From Parasphingorhabdus sp. (GTDB lineage Bacteria > Pseudomonadota > Alphaproteobacteria > Sphingomonadales > Sphingomonadaceae): a DNA stretch of 46,057 nt. The notes beneath the pieces were generated by a model. That model was not told where the DNA came from and ran no database searches. It worked only from the letters and a program-made list of their open reading frames with translations. Of this stretch, positions 16,486-24,724 are shown piece after piece. How positions within the stretch are numbered: position 1 is the stretch's first letter; every line of letters begins with the position of its first letter. The translations under genes and the position numbers were made by a program. The DNA is taken from positions 1 through 46,057 of the forward strand of contig NZ_JBATHY010000032.1 of assembly GCF_049667325.1 (NCBI RefSeq), given 5' to 3'.

Positions 16486-17166
16486 CTAAAATGGCGAAAT
16501 AAACGAGAAGAATTTCTGCAACCAGCCCTGTTTACTCGCTGACGCGATCTCTCCCGTACCGCCATAGATGATCCGCGCGTCGGCTACTTTGTTAGACGGG
16601 ATAGTGTTGTCGGCGGACACGTCGATGGCGCGTATAAGTCCGCTAAATTGGGTATGCTCATCACCCCGGTTTAGCGATGTCAGTTTCTGACCCCGCACCA
16701 GCATGGTCCCGTTGGGATAGCTTTCCGCTACGGTCACGCTAATTTGCCCCTGCAGGCTGTTCGATTGGTCTGCGCTGCCGGTGCCAGAAAAATTCTGAGA
16801 ACCGCTCGTTGCGACATCGCTGGGGGAGAATAGCGAGAAAAGACCGGAAGTAGGCGGTGTCAAAGAAAATCCGCCATTGCGATCTTTGGATGCGCTATTG
16901 GATTTCGAGGCGCGTGTTTTTTCAACCAGCAGTATCGTGATAATATCACCCTTCCGGCTTGCTCGCGTCCCGTTTGTTAGAGCCGAATAACCGGAGGCGA
17001 CCTGAAAGATCGCGCCGTTTGCAACGACAGGTTCAGGAGCTGGTGCGGCCGTAACCGGGGTGAAATCTTGTGCCGAGATGCTGGAGTGAGACCCCATGCA
17101 ACCGATGAGCAGGAACGGCGTCATACTGATCAGCAAGCTACGTTTTGGAAACGGTTTATTTATCAT
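16486..17166 (-). CDS. flgH: L-ring lipoprotein FlgH
   Basis: Lipobox LIGC; GDIITILLVE; PNGTMLVRGQK; GWLQKFF...PF. Confidence 0.96.
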   Translation of the reverse strand: MINKPFPKRSLLISMTPFLLIGCMGSHSSISAQDFTPVTAAPAPEPVVANGAIFQVASGYSALTNGTRASRKGDIITILLVEKTRASKSNSASKDRNGGFSLTPPTSGLFSLFSPSDVATSGSQNFSGTGSADQSNSLQGQISVTVAESYPNGTMLVRGQKLTSLNRGDEHTQFSGLIRAIDVSADNTIPSNKVADARIIYGGTGEIASASKQGWLQKFFSFISPF

Positions 17167-17194
17167 GATGGTTACGCTTCTTTCCTGCGGTAGA

Positions 17195-17983
17195 TTAAAG
17201 TTGCTGGTTAACGAACTGCAGCATATCGTCGGTTGCCGAGATCATTTTGGAATTGACTTCATAGGCGCGCTGCGTCTCGATCATGTTGACCAGTTCCTCG
17301 ACAATGTTGACGTTGGATCCTTCCAGGGCACCCTGCCGGATATTGCCAAGACCTTCTTGCCCACCTTGGCCCACTTGCGGGGCACCGCTTGCCGCTGTTT
17401 CGGTAAGGATGTTATTACCAACCGACAGAAGTCCGGCTGGATTGGTGAAATTGGCCAGTTCAATTTGGCCCAGTTCGCTGGGCTCGCTTTGTCCTGCCAG
17501 CGAAGCCGAAACTGTCCCATTCGTACCGATGGAAATCGCTGTGGCACCCTGCGGAATCTGGATCGCGGGAACCAGTGGCAAGCCATCGCTTGTCACCATA
17601 TTGCCCTCGGCGGTCAGGCTGAAATTACCTGCTCTTGTGTAGCCGGTTGATCCGTCCGGCCGTTCCACTTGGAAATAGCCAGCGCCTTCGATCGCCAGGT
17701 CCATGGCATTTTCTGTATTCTGCAAAGTGCCTTGGGTAGCAATTTTGCCGATTCCTGATAGCCGGACACCGGTTCCCAATTGTATCCCGCTTGCATAGCG
17801 GTTTTGTGCATCCGACGGTGCGCCAGGTGTAACGACATTTTGATATGCGAGGGTGGCAAAGTCCGCGCGGTCCCGTTTAAATCCCGTGGTGTTAACGTTC
17901 GCCAGATTGTTGGCAATCACGCGCATCTTTGTGTTCTGCGCATCCAGTCCGGTGCGCGCAACTTGTAGGGCAGCGTTACTCAT
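17195..17983 (-). CDS. flgG: distal rod protein FlgG
   Basis: IANNLANVNTTGFKRDR; LEGSNVNIVEELVNMIETQRAYE. Confidence 0.97.
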   Translation of the reverse strand: MSNAALQVARTGLDAQNTKMRVIANNLANVNTTGFKRDRADFATLAYQNVVTPGAPSDAQNRYASGIQLGTGVRLSGIGKIATQGTLQNTENAMDLAIEGAGYFQVERPDGSTGYTRAGNFSLTAEGNMVTSDGLPLVPAIQIPQGATAISIGTNGTVSASLAGQSEPSELGQIELANFTNPAGLLSVGNNILTETAASGAPQVGQGGQEGLGNIRQGALEGSNVNIVEELVNMIETQRAYEVNSKMISATDDMLQFVNQQL

Positions 17984-18004
17984 CTCATCATCTCCTGAAT
18001 ACGG

Positions 18005-18751
18005 TTATCCTTGCGGCATGGACATTACACCCGCGCCGCTATCATCAAGTTCCTCGGTCATTTTAAGCAACCTCGCCTGCGTTTCCCACGCACGGCTGGT
18101 TTCAATCATATCTACCAGGGCGCTGGGCATATTGACGTTCGACTGTTCCAAGGCGCCGGAAATGACTTTTGCATTTTCATCGACGGGTAACGTGCCGTCA
18201 TCGGCTACATGGAATAGAGTATCCGTACCTTTTGACATTTGGCTGCCTGTCGCGCTGACAAGTTTTAACTTTCCAAGCTGTTGCGGCTGAGTGGGATCGC
18301 CACCTGCCGGTATGAAGGAAATAGTTCCATCCGCACCAATGTCGACGCGCTCCGAAGGCGGTAAGGTTACAGGTCCACTTTCCCCCAAAACCGGAAAGCC
18401 GTCCCCGGTAAGCATGGCGCCCGATGCGCTGATCATAAGATCTCCGCGCTTGGTATATGCTTCTTCGCCATCGGCGGCCTGAACGGCGAGCATTGCATCG
18501 CCTTCCAGCGCTATGTCGAGAGGGCGATCGGTCTTTGTGATCACCCCCCCGTTCATATCTGCCTGCATATCCCGATCAACAGCCATGGCGCGGCTGTTGT
18601 GGCCCGGACCATTCAGATACTGGGCCTTTGCCGAAACCATATCGGCTTTGAAACCCGCGGTGTCCGAGTTCGCCATATTGTTCGCGATGGCCGTTTGCCG
18701 GTTCATCAGCGATTTCATCGCGTTGACCGTCGTATATGCAAGCTTATCCAT
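18005..18751 (-). CDS. flgF: proximal rod protein FlgF
   Basis: MDKLAYT...ANNMAN.DT.GFK; TDRPLDIALEG; LEQSNVN. Confidence 0.94.
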   Translation of the reverse strand: MDKLAYTTVNAMKSLMNRQTAIANNMANSDTAGFKADMVSAKAQYLNGPGHNSRAMAVDRDMQADMNGGVITKTDRPLDIALEGDAMLAVQAADGEEAYTKRGDLMISASGAMLTGDGFPVLGESGPVTLPPSERVDIGADGTISFIPAGGDPTQPQQLGKLKLVSATGSQMSKGTDTLFHVADDGTLPVDENAKVISGALEQSNVNMPSALVDMIETSRAWETQARLLKMTEELDDSGAGVMSMPQG

Positions 18752-18777
18752 GATTCATTCCTTCAACTGATCAGAAA

Positions 18778-19608
18778 TTAGATCTGAAGATTTATGATCG
18801 TCTGGGTCAGAGTATTGGATGTTTCAATCGCCTGCGCATTGGCCTGGAAATTGCGCTGAGCGGCTATCAGCGAGACCAGCTCTTCGGTGATATCGACGTT
18901 TGCGAGCTCCAGTGAACCGGAGCGAACCTGTCCGAGCGGACCATTCGCAGCCTGGTTAATTTGTACCGGACCGGATGCGCCAGTCGATTGCCAATGGGCA
19001 TCACCGACCGGGCGGAGGCCTTCAATGGCCGAGAAGCTGGCTAACGCAAGGGCACCGATGTTCAATTGGTTACCGTTGGAGAATGTTGCTGAAACAACGC
19101 CTTCGTTGTTGATTGATATGTTGGTCAGCAGCGCGGCTGGATCGGCTGGATCGGCAACCGGTAGTACGAAGTCGAACATGTCTGCCGTGCTGGTCGAAGT
19201 GGCGACACCATTCGCGTCAACCGGTAACAACTGGGCTTTCGCGCCAATGGTATCTACCACTTCACGACTATTATTTACCGAGAACGCTCCATTGCGGGTA
19301 AAGGTCAAATCCTGACGCGGCGGCTGGCCCTTGACGGAAAAGAAGCCGTCGCCGGCAATCGCCAGATCCAGTGTTTTATCGGTTGACTGTAACGTGCCCT
19401 GTGTGAACTGCTGCGTGATGCCGTTCAGACGCACGCCTTGGCCCGCAACAGATTTTGTCTGTTGGGTGGGACCAGCTGCAAAAAGGTCTCCAAACAGTGC
19501 CCGGCTCTTTTTGAAACCGGTCGAGTTGGTATTGGCAACGTTATTGGAAATAACATTCAAGTCAGTTTGGGCCGCTTTGAGGCCGCTAAGTGAGGTAAAG
19601 AATGACAT
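18778..19608 (-). CDS. flgE: hook protein FlgE (short, 276 aa)
   Basis: MSFFTSLSGLKAAQTDLNVISNNVAN; LELANVDITEELVSLIAAQRNFQANAQAI; lies between flgD and flgF. Confidence 0.92.
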   Translation of the reverse strand: MSFFTSLSGLKAAQTDLNVISNNVANTNSTGFKKSRALFGDLFAAGPTQQTKSVAGQGVRLNGITQQFTQGTLQSTDKTLDLAIAGDGFFSVKGQPPRQDLTFTRNGAFSVNNSREVVDTIGAKAQLLPVDANGVATSTSTADMFDFVLPVADPADPAALLTNISINNEGVVSATFSNGNQLNIGALALASFSAIEGLRPVGDAHWQSTGASGPVQINQAANGPLGQVRSGSLELANVDITEELVSLIAAQRNFQANAQAIETSNTLTQTIINLQI

Positions 19609-19650
19609 TTTATCTTCTCCTATGTTGAACTAGATGTCGAATGGTCCGAT

Positions 19651-20319
19651 TTATCCGATTTTGAGCGCCTCGGCGGGAAACACATTGCCGATTGGTGTGA
19701 CAAGAATGGGCGGGCCATTGCCTTCGGTTGTTTTTACGGATGCTACCGGTACCCATGTCGCCAGATTTGAAACCGACCCGCCGTTGATGCGGACGCGCAG
19801 GCGCCCCTGATCTAGCGGCTTTCCGGATTCATCTTTGCTATCGAAATTGAATTCTACCGGGCCGGCTTTTTGCTGGCCGAGCTCTACAAACATGACGATT
19901 TCACCGGCATCATTAAGTAGATCAATAGAAAGATTGTCTGTTGCTTGGTTGAGTTCGAATTCGCCTGCATACTGACCATTTTTGTCTGCAACCGAGATAT
20001 TCCCGGGTACCAGAACCGAATGACCGATCCATTCCTTGGCGTCGGAGAGGCGATTGTTACCCAAAATTGAGGCAATCTCGGACAGCGACTGCTTCATTTC
20101 TGAAATGCCGGCGACGCTGGAAAATTGTGCCAGCTGGGCAACCATTGCCTGGTTGTCGAGCGGGTCAAAGGGGTCCTGAAACTTTAGCTGCGTCGTCATC
20201 AGACGCAGGAAAGAATCTTGGTCGAGTGTATTGTCACCTGTGGCGTTTTCCGGTTGCGCCTGAGAGAGACCGGCGAGATTTGTTACCGGTGTCTGGAAAA
20301 TTTCTGGTGCAATATTCAT
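19651..20319 (-). CDS. flgD: hook capping protein FlgD
   Basis: LDQDSFLRLMTTQLKFQDPFDPLDN..MVAQLAQFS. Confidence 0.95.
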   Translation of the reverse strand: MNIAPEIFQTPVTNLAGLSQAQPENATGDNTLDQDSFLRLMTTQLKFQDPFDPLDNQAMVAQLAQFSSVAGISEMKQSLSEIASILGNNRLSDAKEWIGHSVLVPGNISVADKNGQYAGEFELNQATDNLSIDLLNDAGEIVMFVELGQQKAGPVEFNFDSKDESGKPLDQGRLRVRINGGSVSNLATWVPVASVKTTEGNGPPILVTPIGNVFPAEALKIG

Positions 20320-20720
20320 TATTGGTTCCTCACTGTTTCAAGAATTAAAGACTTTGCGGTTTGCATAACCTGCACATTATTTTGGTAATTTCTGGCGGTT
20401 TCGAGCATGTCGATCAGTTCAGCCGTCTCATCAACAGCTGCTTCCCAGACGTAACCTTCTTTATCCGCGATGGGATTTGACGGATCGTGACGCCTCTGAG
20501 GCGCGGCATCGGTTTTGACGATGCGTTCGACATCTACAGTCGCGAGATTGTCTTCGACCACAGAACGAAATACCGGCCGCATGGCGCGAAAAGCTTCATT
20601 TTCGCTGGCATAGTCCGTCCGGGCATTGGCCAGATTGGACGCGGTGGTGTTTAACCGGACCATCTGGGCTGACATTGCTCTGCCTGCTACATCAAATACA
20701 TTCATACTACCCATGTTCAT
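20319..20720 (-). CDS. flgC: rod protein FlgC
   Basis: MSAQMVRLNTTASNLANA; HDPSNPIADKEGYV; RNYQNNV. Confidence 0.95.
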   Translation of the reverse strand: MNMGSMNVFDVAGRAMSAQMVRLNTTASNLANARTDYASENEAFRAMRPVFRSVVEDNLATVDVERIVKTDAAPQRRHDPSNPIADKEGYVWEAAVDETAELIDMLETARNYQNNVQVMQTAKSLILETVRNQ

Positions 20721-21070
20721 TCTCCCTTCAAGGCGCGCCGAATTGAAGACACTTGCGCCTGCAAGAAGGACAGGGTCGTTCGATACTGAATGGCGTTTTC
20801 AGCAAACAACGTCTGTTCGACGGACAGCTCAACGGTGTTTCCGTCGAGTGATGGTTGCAGCGGAATCCGGTAACCAGTGTGATCGTCCATAGCCTGATCG
20901 AGCGAACTGCCATTTTGCGCCTGCTTCATTGCAAGATCAAAATCGAGGTCTTTCGCTTTGTACCCAGGTGTCGAGGCGTTTGCGATATTTGACGCCAGCA
21001 TATTGAGGCGTTGAGAGCGAAGCTGTAATGCCCCGCCGTTCAATGCAAATATCTGATCCAAACTAGGCAT
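20717..21070 (-). CDS. flgB: rod protein FlgB
   Basis: LASNIANASTPGYKAKDLDF; SLDGNTVE. Confidence 0.95.
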   Translation of the reverse strand: MPSLDQIFALNGGALQLRSQRLNMLASNIANASTPGYKAKDLDFDLAMKQAQNGSSLDQAMDDHTGYRIPLQPSLDGNTVELSVEQTLFAENAIQYRTTLSFLQAQVSSIRRALKGE

Positions 21071-21156
21071 CGTTTCTAATCCCGTATTAACTATTCGGCC
21101 TGCTGACCGTTCTTGTTCATGAGTTACGCCGTTATTGGAGTACCCAAACAGGACGA

Positions 21157-21172
21157 TGCAAAGGGTGTGCCA
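21157..21172 (-). promoter_or_regulatory. sigma54 -24/-12 promoter TGGCACACCCTTTGCA of the flgB operon
   Basis: Exact TGGCAC-N5-TTGCA consensus upstream of flgB. Confidence 0.88.
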
Positions 21173-21258
21173 ATTTATCCGGCCCGCTCGGAAAGTGCCG
21201 GTTTTTCAGGGCCTCCGTCCAATATTTGCGGGTAGTTTGTTTCGGGTTTTGCCAAGGT

Positions 21259-21298
21259 GGCAAAATTCTGCCGCTGACCGGCAAGTTTTTGCCGGTCA
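21259..21298. promoter_or_regulatory. tandem GGCA-N6-TGCC palindromes (putative activator enhancer)
   Basis: GGCAAAATTCTGCC at 21259 and GGCAAGTTTTTGCC at 21280, 21 bp apart; the second extends to TGACCGGCAA/TTGCCGGTCA; about 90-120 bp upstream of the sigma54 site. Confidence 0.65.
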
Positions 21299-21315
21299 AA
21301 TCAGGATTGGGATCG

Positions 21316-22011
21316 ATGGACATTCTACTAACAAACATCTGGCGGTTTTTCGACCCGATGTTATTTGGCCTGGTTCTAGGCAGTGTGTTGATTATGGCGT
21401 GGGTTCAAAATGGCCGTCGCTCGATCGTTAGGGCAGTCGTTGCGCTTGCTAACTGGGGTCGTGATCCGTTTGAGGAAAGCGGTGAAAACGCAACATACAT
21501 GTGCCGGAGAATTGATTTCACACTAAGACAACAGGGGCTTGCCGGCTTGGAAACGGTCCGCAGCCAGGATGCATTCGTGCTCCGGATCCTCGGCTATCTG
21601 GTCAATGCAAAGGATTCAAAAAGTTTTGAAGAATGGGTGCGTCTGGAAGAACACGCCGCAGAAACCAGGCAAAACATATCTGCAAGCTATTGGTTTTCGG
21701 CGGCGGAAATTGCACCGGCAATCGGACTGATCGGGACAATTACCGGGCTTATCCAGCTATTCGCTACCGGCATCGATCCCTTGAAGATGGGGCCGGCTAT
21801 GAGCTTCACATTGCTTACCAGTCTATATGGTCTTTTCATTTCCCATATCATCGCTTTTCCGATCTATGTGCGTCTGCACTCGAGAGCAGAAATACTGAAT
21901 GCCTATAGATCCAAAGTAGTCCATCATACGATTAACATCGCAAACCTCGAACTTGCCGACGTTGCGCCCGTACATTTTGTTCCGGTGAAACCGACAAAAA
22001 GGGACGCATGA
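21316..22011 (+). CDS. second MotA/PomA-like stator A subunit (MotA/TolQ/ExbB family)
   Basis: LRQQGLAGLE (R-x7-E), APAIGLIGTITGLI, KMGPAMSFTLLTSLYG. Confidence 0.82.
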   Translation: MDILLTNIWRFFDPMLFGLVLGSVLIMAWVQNGRRSIVRAVVALANWGRDPFEESGENATYMCRRIDFTLRQQGLAGLETVRSQDAFVLRILGYLVNAKDSKSFEEWVRLEEHAAETRQNISASYWFSAAEIAPAIGLIGTITGLIQLFATGIDPLKMGPAMSFTLLTSLYGLFISHIIAFPIYVRLHSRAEILNAYRSKVVHHTINIANLELADVAPVHFVPVKPTKRDA

Positions 22012-22014
22012 CTG

Positions 22015-22491
22015 ATGAATGCCGGTCGCACCACTTTATCCTTTCTTGATCTGGCTCTTATGCTGCTCAGCGCCTTTGCCTATACGCATTTTGTAAATAT
22101 CGCGGACTCCGAAACCAAAAAAAAAATGGCCGCAGAAAATGCACAAACTGCTGCGGTGCTGGGTTCCTATAATTATACAGCACCGGATTTTTTCGGTGAT
22201 GGCAATGCGATGCTTACCGATTTTGCCAGAACAGAAATCGCGGAAATTATGACGGTTCAACAAAAGCAATTGTTGATCATAGATGTTGCTGCGGCACCGG
22301 AGGTTCAAAACGGATCGCGCCTGCGTCAATGGGAGACAGTTTCTGCGCGATCAGCGGCAATTGCAGATGCCTTTGAAAAGGCTGGCCAGAACGGTAAAAT
22401 GATCGTCTTGAAAGTTCCTGAAAAACTGGTTTCAAAGCCCGGAGAGAAGCAAACCGTTAGATTGACTTTTCTGCCACCCGAAACGGATTAA
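22015..22491 (+). CDS. short MotB-like protein (TM with Asp + degenerate OmpA-like domain)
   Basis: LSFLDLALMLLSAF TM segment; WETVSARSAAIADAF resembles NWELS.ARA; directly follows the MotA-like gene. Confidence 0.7.
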   Translation: MNAGRTTLSFLDLALMLLSAFAYTHFVNIADSETKKKMAAENAQTAAVLGSYNYTAPDFFGDGNAMLTDFARTEIAEIMTVQQKQLLIIDVAAAPEVQNGSRLRQWETVSARSAAIADAFEKAGQNGKMIVLKVPEKLVSKPGEKQTVRLTFLPPETD

Positions 22492-22520
22492 TTCCGGCTC
22501 CACAAAATATTTATCGAAAC

Positions 22521-22536
22521 TGGCATGATAACTGCG
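22521..22536 (+). promoter_or_regulatory. sigma54 promoter TGGCATGATAACTGCG upstream of flgA
   Basis: GG-N10-GC spacing with a TGGCA -24 element. Confidence 0.7.
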
Positions 22537-22569
22537 TGGTTCCTTTGATTACAGAATAGGAATAATCAC

Positions 22570-23067
22570 ATGCCACGTTATCATTTTCTACTTCCGATAG
22601 TCTCCATCATGTCTGTGGGCGCCGGTGCGCCCTTTGAAGACACCACATTGCTTGATCGCCAGGTTGCGGCGCATTTGGGGGCAGTCGTGGGGGATGTGGG
22701 CGGTGCTCATGCCGCGGTAGACCCCAAGCTCAAACTTAAGCGCTGTCCAAACGCGCTCGAGATATCTGAGACAAACAGGAACGCGCTGCAGGTAAGTTGC
22801 CAAGACCTGGGATGGAGGATATTCGTGCCTATTCGGCTTGGCGCCAATAGAAGTAGCCAAGGCAGCGGCGGTTCTGTCGAACCATTGGTACAACGAAATC
22901 AGCCGGTCACGCTGATCGTCCGGCGGTCAAATTTCAGCATCAGCTATGGTGTGATCGCGCAAAAAAGTGGTGTGATGGGAGACTATATTCCTGTCCGGTC
23001 AGACCGCAAAGGTAAGGAATTAATGGCTAGAATATCCGGGGCCGGCGAAGTCGAATTGACGCACTGA
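22570..23067 (+). CDS. flgA: P-ring assembly chaperone FlgA (short)
   Basis: Signal peptide; DPKLKLKRCP...C...WRIFVP; LVQRNQPV...G.MGDYIPVR. Confidence 0.85.
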   Translation: MPRYHFLLPIVSIMSVGAGAPFEDTTLLDRQVAAHLGAVVGDVGGAHAAVDPKLKLKRCPNALEISETNRNALQVSCQDLGWRIFVPIRLGANRSSQGSGGSVEPLVQRNQPVTLIVRRSNFSISYGVIAQKSGVMGDYIPVRSDRKGKELMARISGAGEVELTH

Positions 23068-23087
23068 AATAATTTTGGATAAAGAAC

Positions 23088-23113
23088 TTAATTTTTTCGC
23101 AACAGGCCGTAAA
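23088..23113 (+). promoter_or_regulatory. sigma28-type promoter TTAA-N14-GCCGTAAA for flgM
   Basis: Motif in the flgA-flgM gap, the expected position for a FliA promoter. Confidence 0.55.
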
Positions 23114-23199
23114 TGTTTATGAAAGAAGTTATAAGCGCCGTCGGAAACGGGACAGCAAACTTCGAATTTGCCAATGTGGCGCAGTAAGGATGTAGTGAT

Positions 23200-23490
23200 A
23201 TGAAACCTGTTGATAGCTATTCGGCGATTAATACGCGGTTGGATCGTCCGGCTTTGAATGAAGCTGCGGTAAAATCCTTGGCGGGTGCCACTGATCCCGC
23301 AGAAGCAAAAATTCCCAGTACGATTTCGACGACAGCGTCAAAACTGGCAGCCGGACCACTGCCATTTGATGCACAGAAGGTTGCGGATATAAAACAGCAA
23401 ATCGCTTCTGGCAGTTACAAGGTTGATACCGACGCCTTGGCTGCAAAGATGCTTGATGCAGGCGTACTTGGTGTGGACTCAAAAAAATGA
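23200..23490 (+). CDS. flgM: anti-sigma28 factor FlgM
   Basis: FDAQKVADIKQQIASGSYKVDTDALAAKML. Confidence 0.93.
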   Translation: MKPVDSYSAINTRLDRPALNEAAVKSLAGATDPAEAKIPSTISTTASKLAAGPLPFDAQKVADIKQQIASGSYKVDTDALAAKMLDAGVLGVDSKK

Positions 23491-23798
23491 ACCCGAAAGT
23501 AGAAGCACTCCAGAACTCGCAAAATAGTCTGGTCGCCGCATTGGATGGACATGACAGCGATGCGATCTTTCATGCCAGCAAAGCACTTGGCAAGGCCGTT
23601 TCGGAGTTGGCAACACTGGAAACAGCCGATGTCGAAAGATATTTGCGACCACTGATGTCTGAAGTTGACGAATTGATGCAGGCATCAATTTACCGCCTTC
23701 GTTTTCTGAGAGACCATAGCTCATCCCGCTTGCAGCTTTTGTCCGGATGGCGAGCCAATCAGGCAGATACATATTCGAATGCCGCGCGGGGTCGTTAA
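23487..23798 (+). CDS. small helical protein, probable FlgN-type chaperone
   Basis: ATGA-coupled to flgM; helical with C-terminal TY; assignment mainly positional. Confidence 0.6.
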   Translation: MNPKVEALQNSQNSLVAALDGHDSDAIFHASKALGKAVSELATLETADVERYLRPLMSEVDELMQASIYRLRFLRDHSSSRLQLLSGWRANQADTYSNAARGR

Positions 23799-23849
23799 TC
23801 GCAACTCTCCCGGACATTAATTCCGGACAGGCGCATCTAAAGCACTTAT

Positions 23850-23865
23850 TGGCATGATCATTGCT
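23850..23865 (+). promoter_or_regulatory. sigma54 promoter TGGCATGATCATTGCT for the slt-flhA-fliA operon
   Basis: TGGCAY-N5-TTGCT match. Confidence 0.82.
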
Positions 23866-23896
23866 TATCTTCTTAACGGGAGAATTCAAGCTAGAC

Positions 23897-24724
23897 ATGT
23901 CCAACCTTACCATCACTCAAAGCTCTGAACGGCGCAGTTTGCCGAACGTGATTGCGCAATCCGCGCAGCGCACCGGAGTCGATTTCAAATATTTGATGGC
24001 ACAGGCACAGCTCGAGAGCGGCATGCGCCCGGATGCCAAGGCGAATACATCTTCCGCTACCGGGCTTTACCAGTTTATCGAGCAAACATGGCTGGGCCTA
24101 GTCAAAGAAAAGGGCGATGAATATGGTCTGGCCTGGGCTCAAGATGCAATTTCCAAGAACCGGAATGGCAAGTTTACTATTGCCAACAAGTCCCAGAAAT
24201 CAAGCATTCTTGCCCTGAGAAACGATCCAGCTCTTTCCGCCAATCTGGCGGGAGAATTTGCTCGCGATAACAGCGCCTATCTCCAAAGCCGCATCGGCCG
24301 GGAACCGGCATCGGTTGACCTGTACCTCGCACATTTTCTGGGGCCCGCAGGCGCCAGCAAATTCTTGAGTGGATTTGATGCCAATCCGCATGCACCGGCA
24401 GCGCCGTCTTTTGCGAGTGCCGCACAATCCAATCGCCCGATATTTTATAACAAATCAGGCAACGCCCGAAGCTTTGCGGAAATCCGGAATCTCTTCGCCA
24501 AAAAACTGGAAGATGCATCCATGTTGGCAGGGAGCGGCAATAATTTTCCGACGGAAGGAAGAAACTTGCCGCAGTCACAAAAGCCGCTGCCGATGGTTCA
24601 ACCGGCAGATTATCTTCGGATCGCAAGAAACCACATCAATGACCAGAGCAATTCAGGAAATCCCAAGCCGTTCGATGAACCGGCTCGGGTTGCCTATCTG
24701 ATGCTCGCCTCACTCGGATTGTAA
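23897..24724 (+). CDS. flagellar lytic transglycosylase (SLT domain)
   Basis: GVDFKYLMAQAQLESG...SSATGLYQFIEQTWL; LYLAHFLG; start placed at ATG 23897, downstream of the sigma54 site. Confidence 0.88.
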   Translation: MSNLTITQSSERRSLPNVIAQSAQRTGVDFKYLMAQAQLESGMRPDAKANTSSATGLYQFIEQTWLGLVKEKGDEYGLAWAQDAISKNRNGKFTIANKSQKSSILALRNDPALSANLAGEFARDNSAYLQSRIGREPASVDLYLAHFLGPAGASKFLSGFDANPHAPAAPSFASAAQSNRPIFYNKSGNARSFAEIRNLFAKKLEDASMLAGSGNNFPTEGRNLPQSQKPLPMVQPADYLRIARNHINDQSNSGNPKPFDEPARVAYLMLASLGL

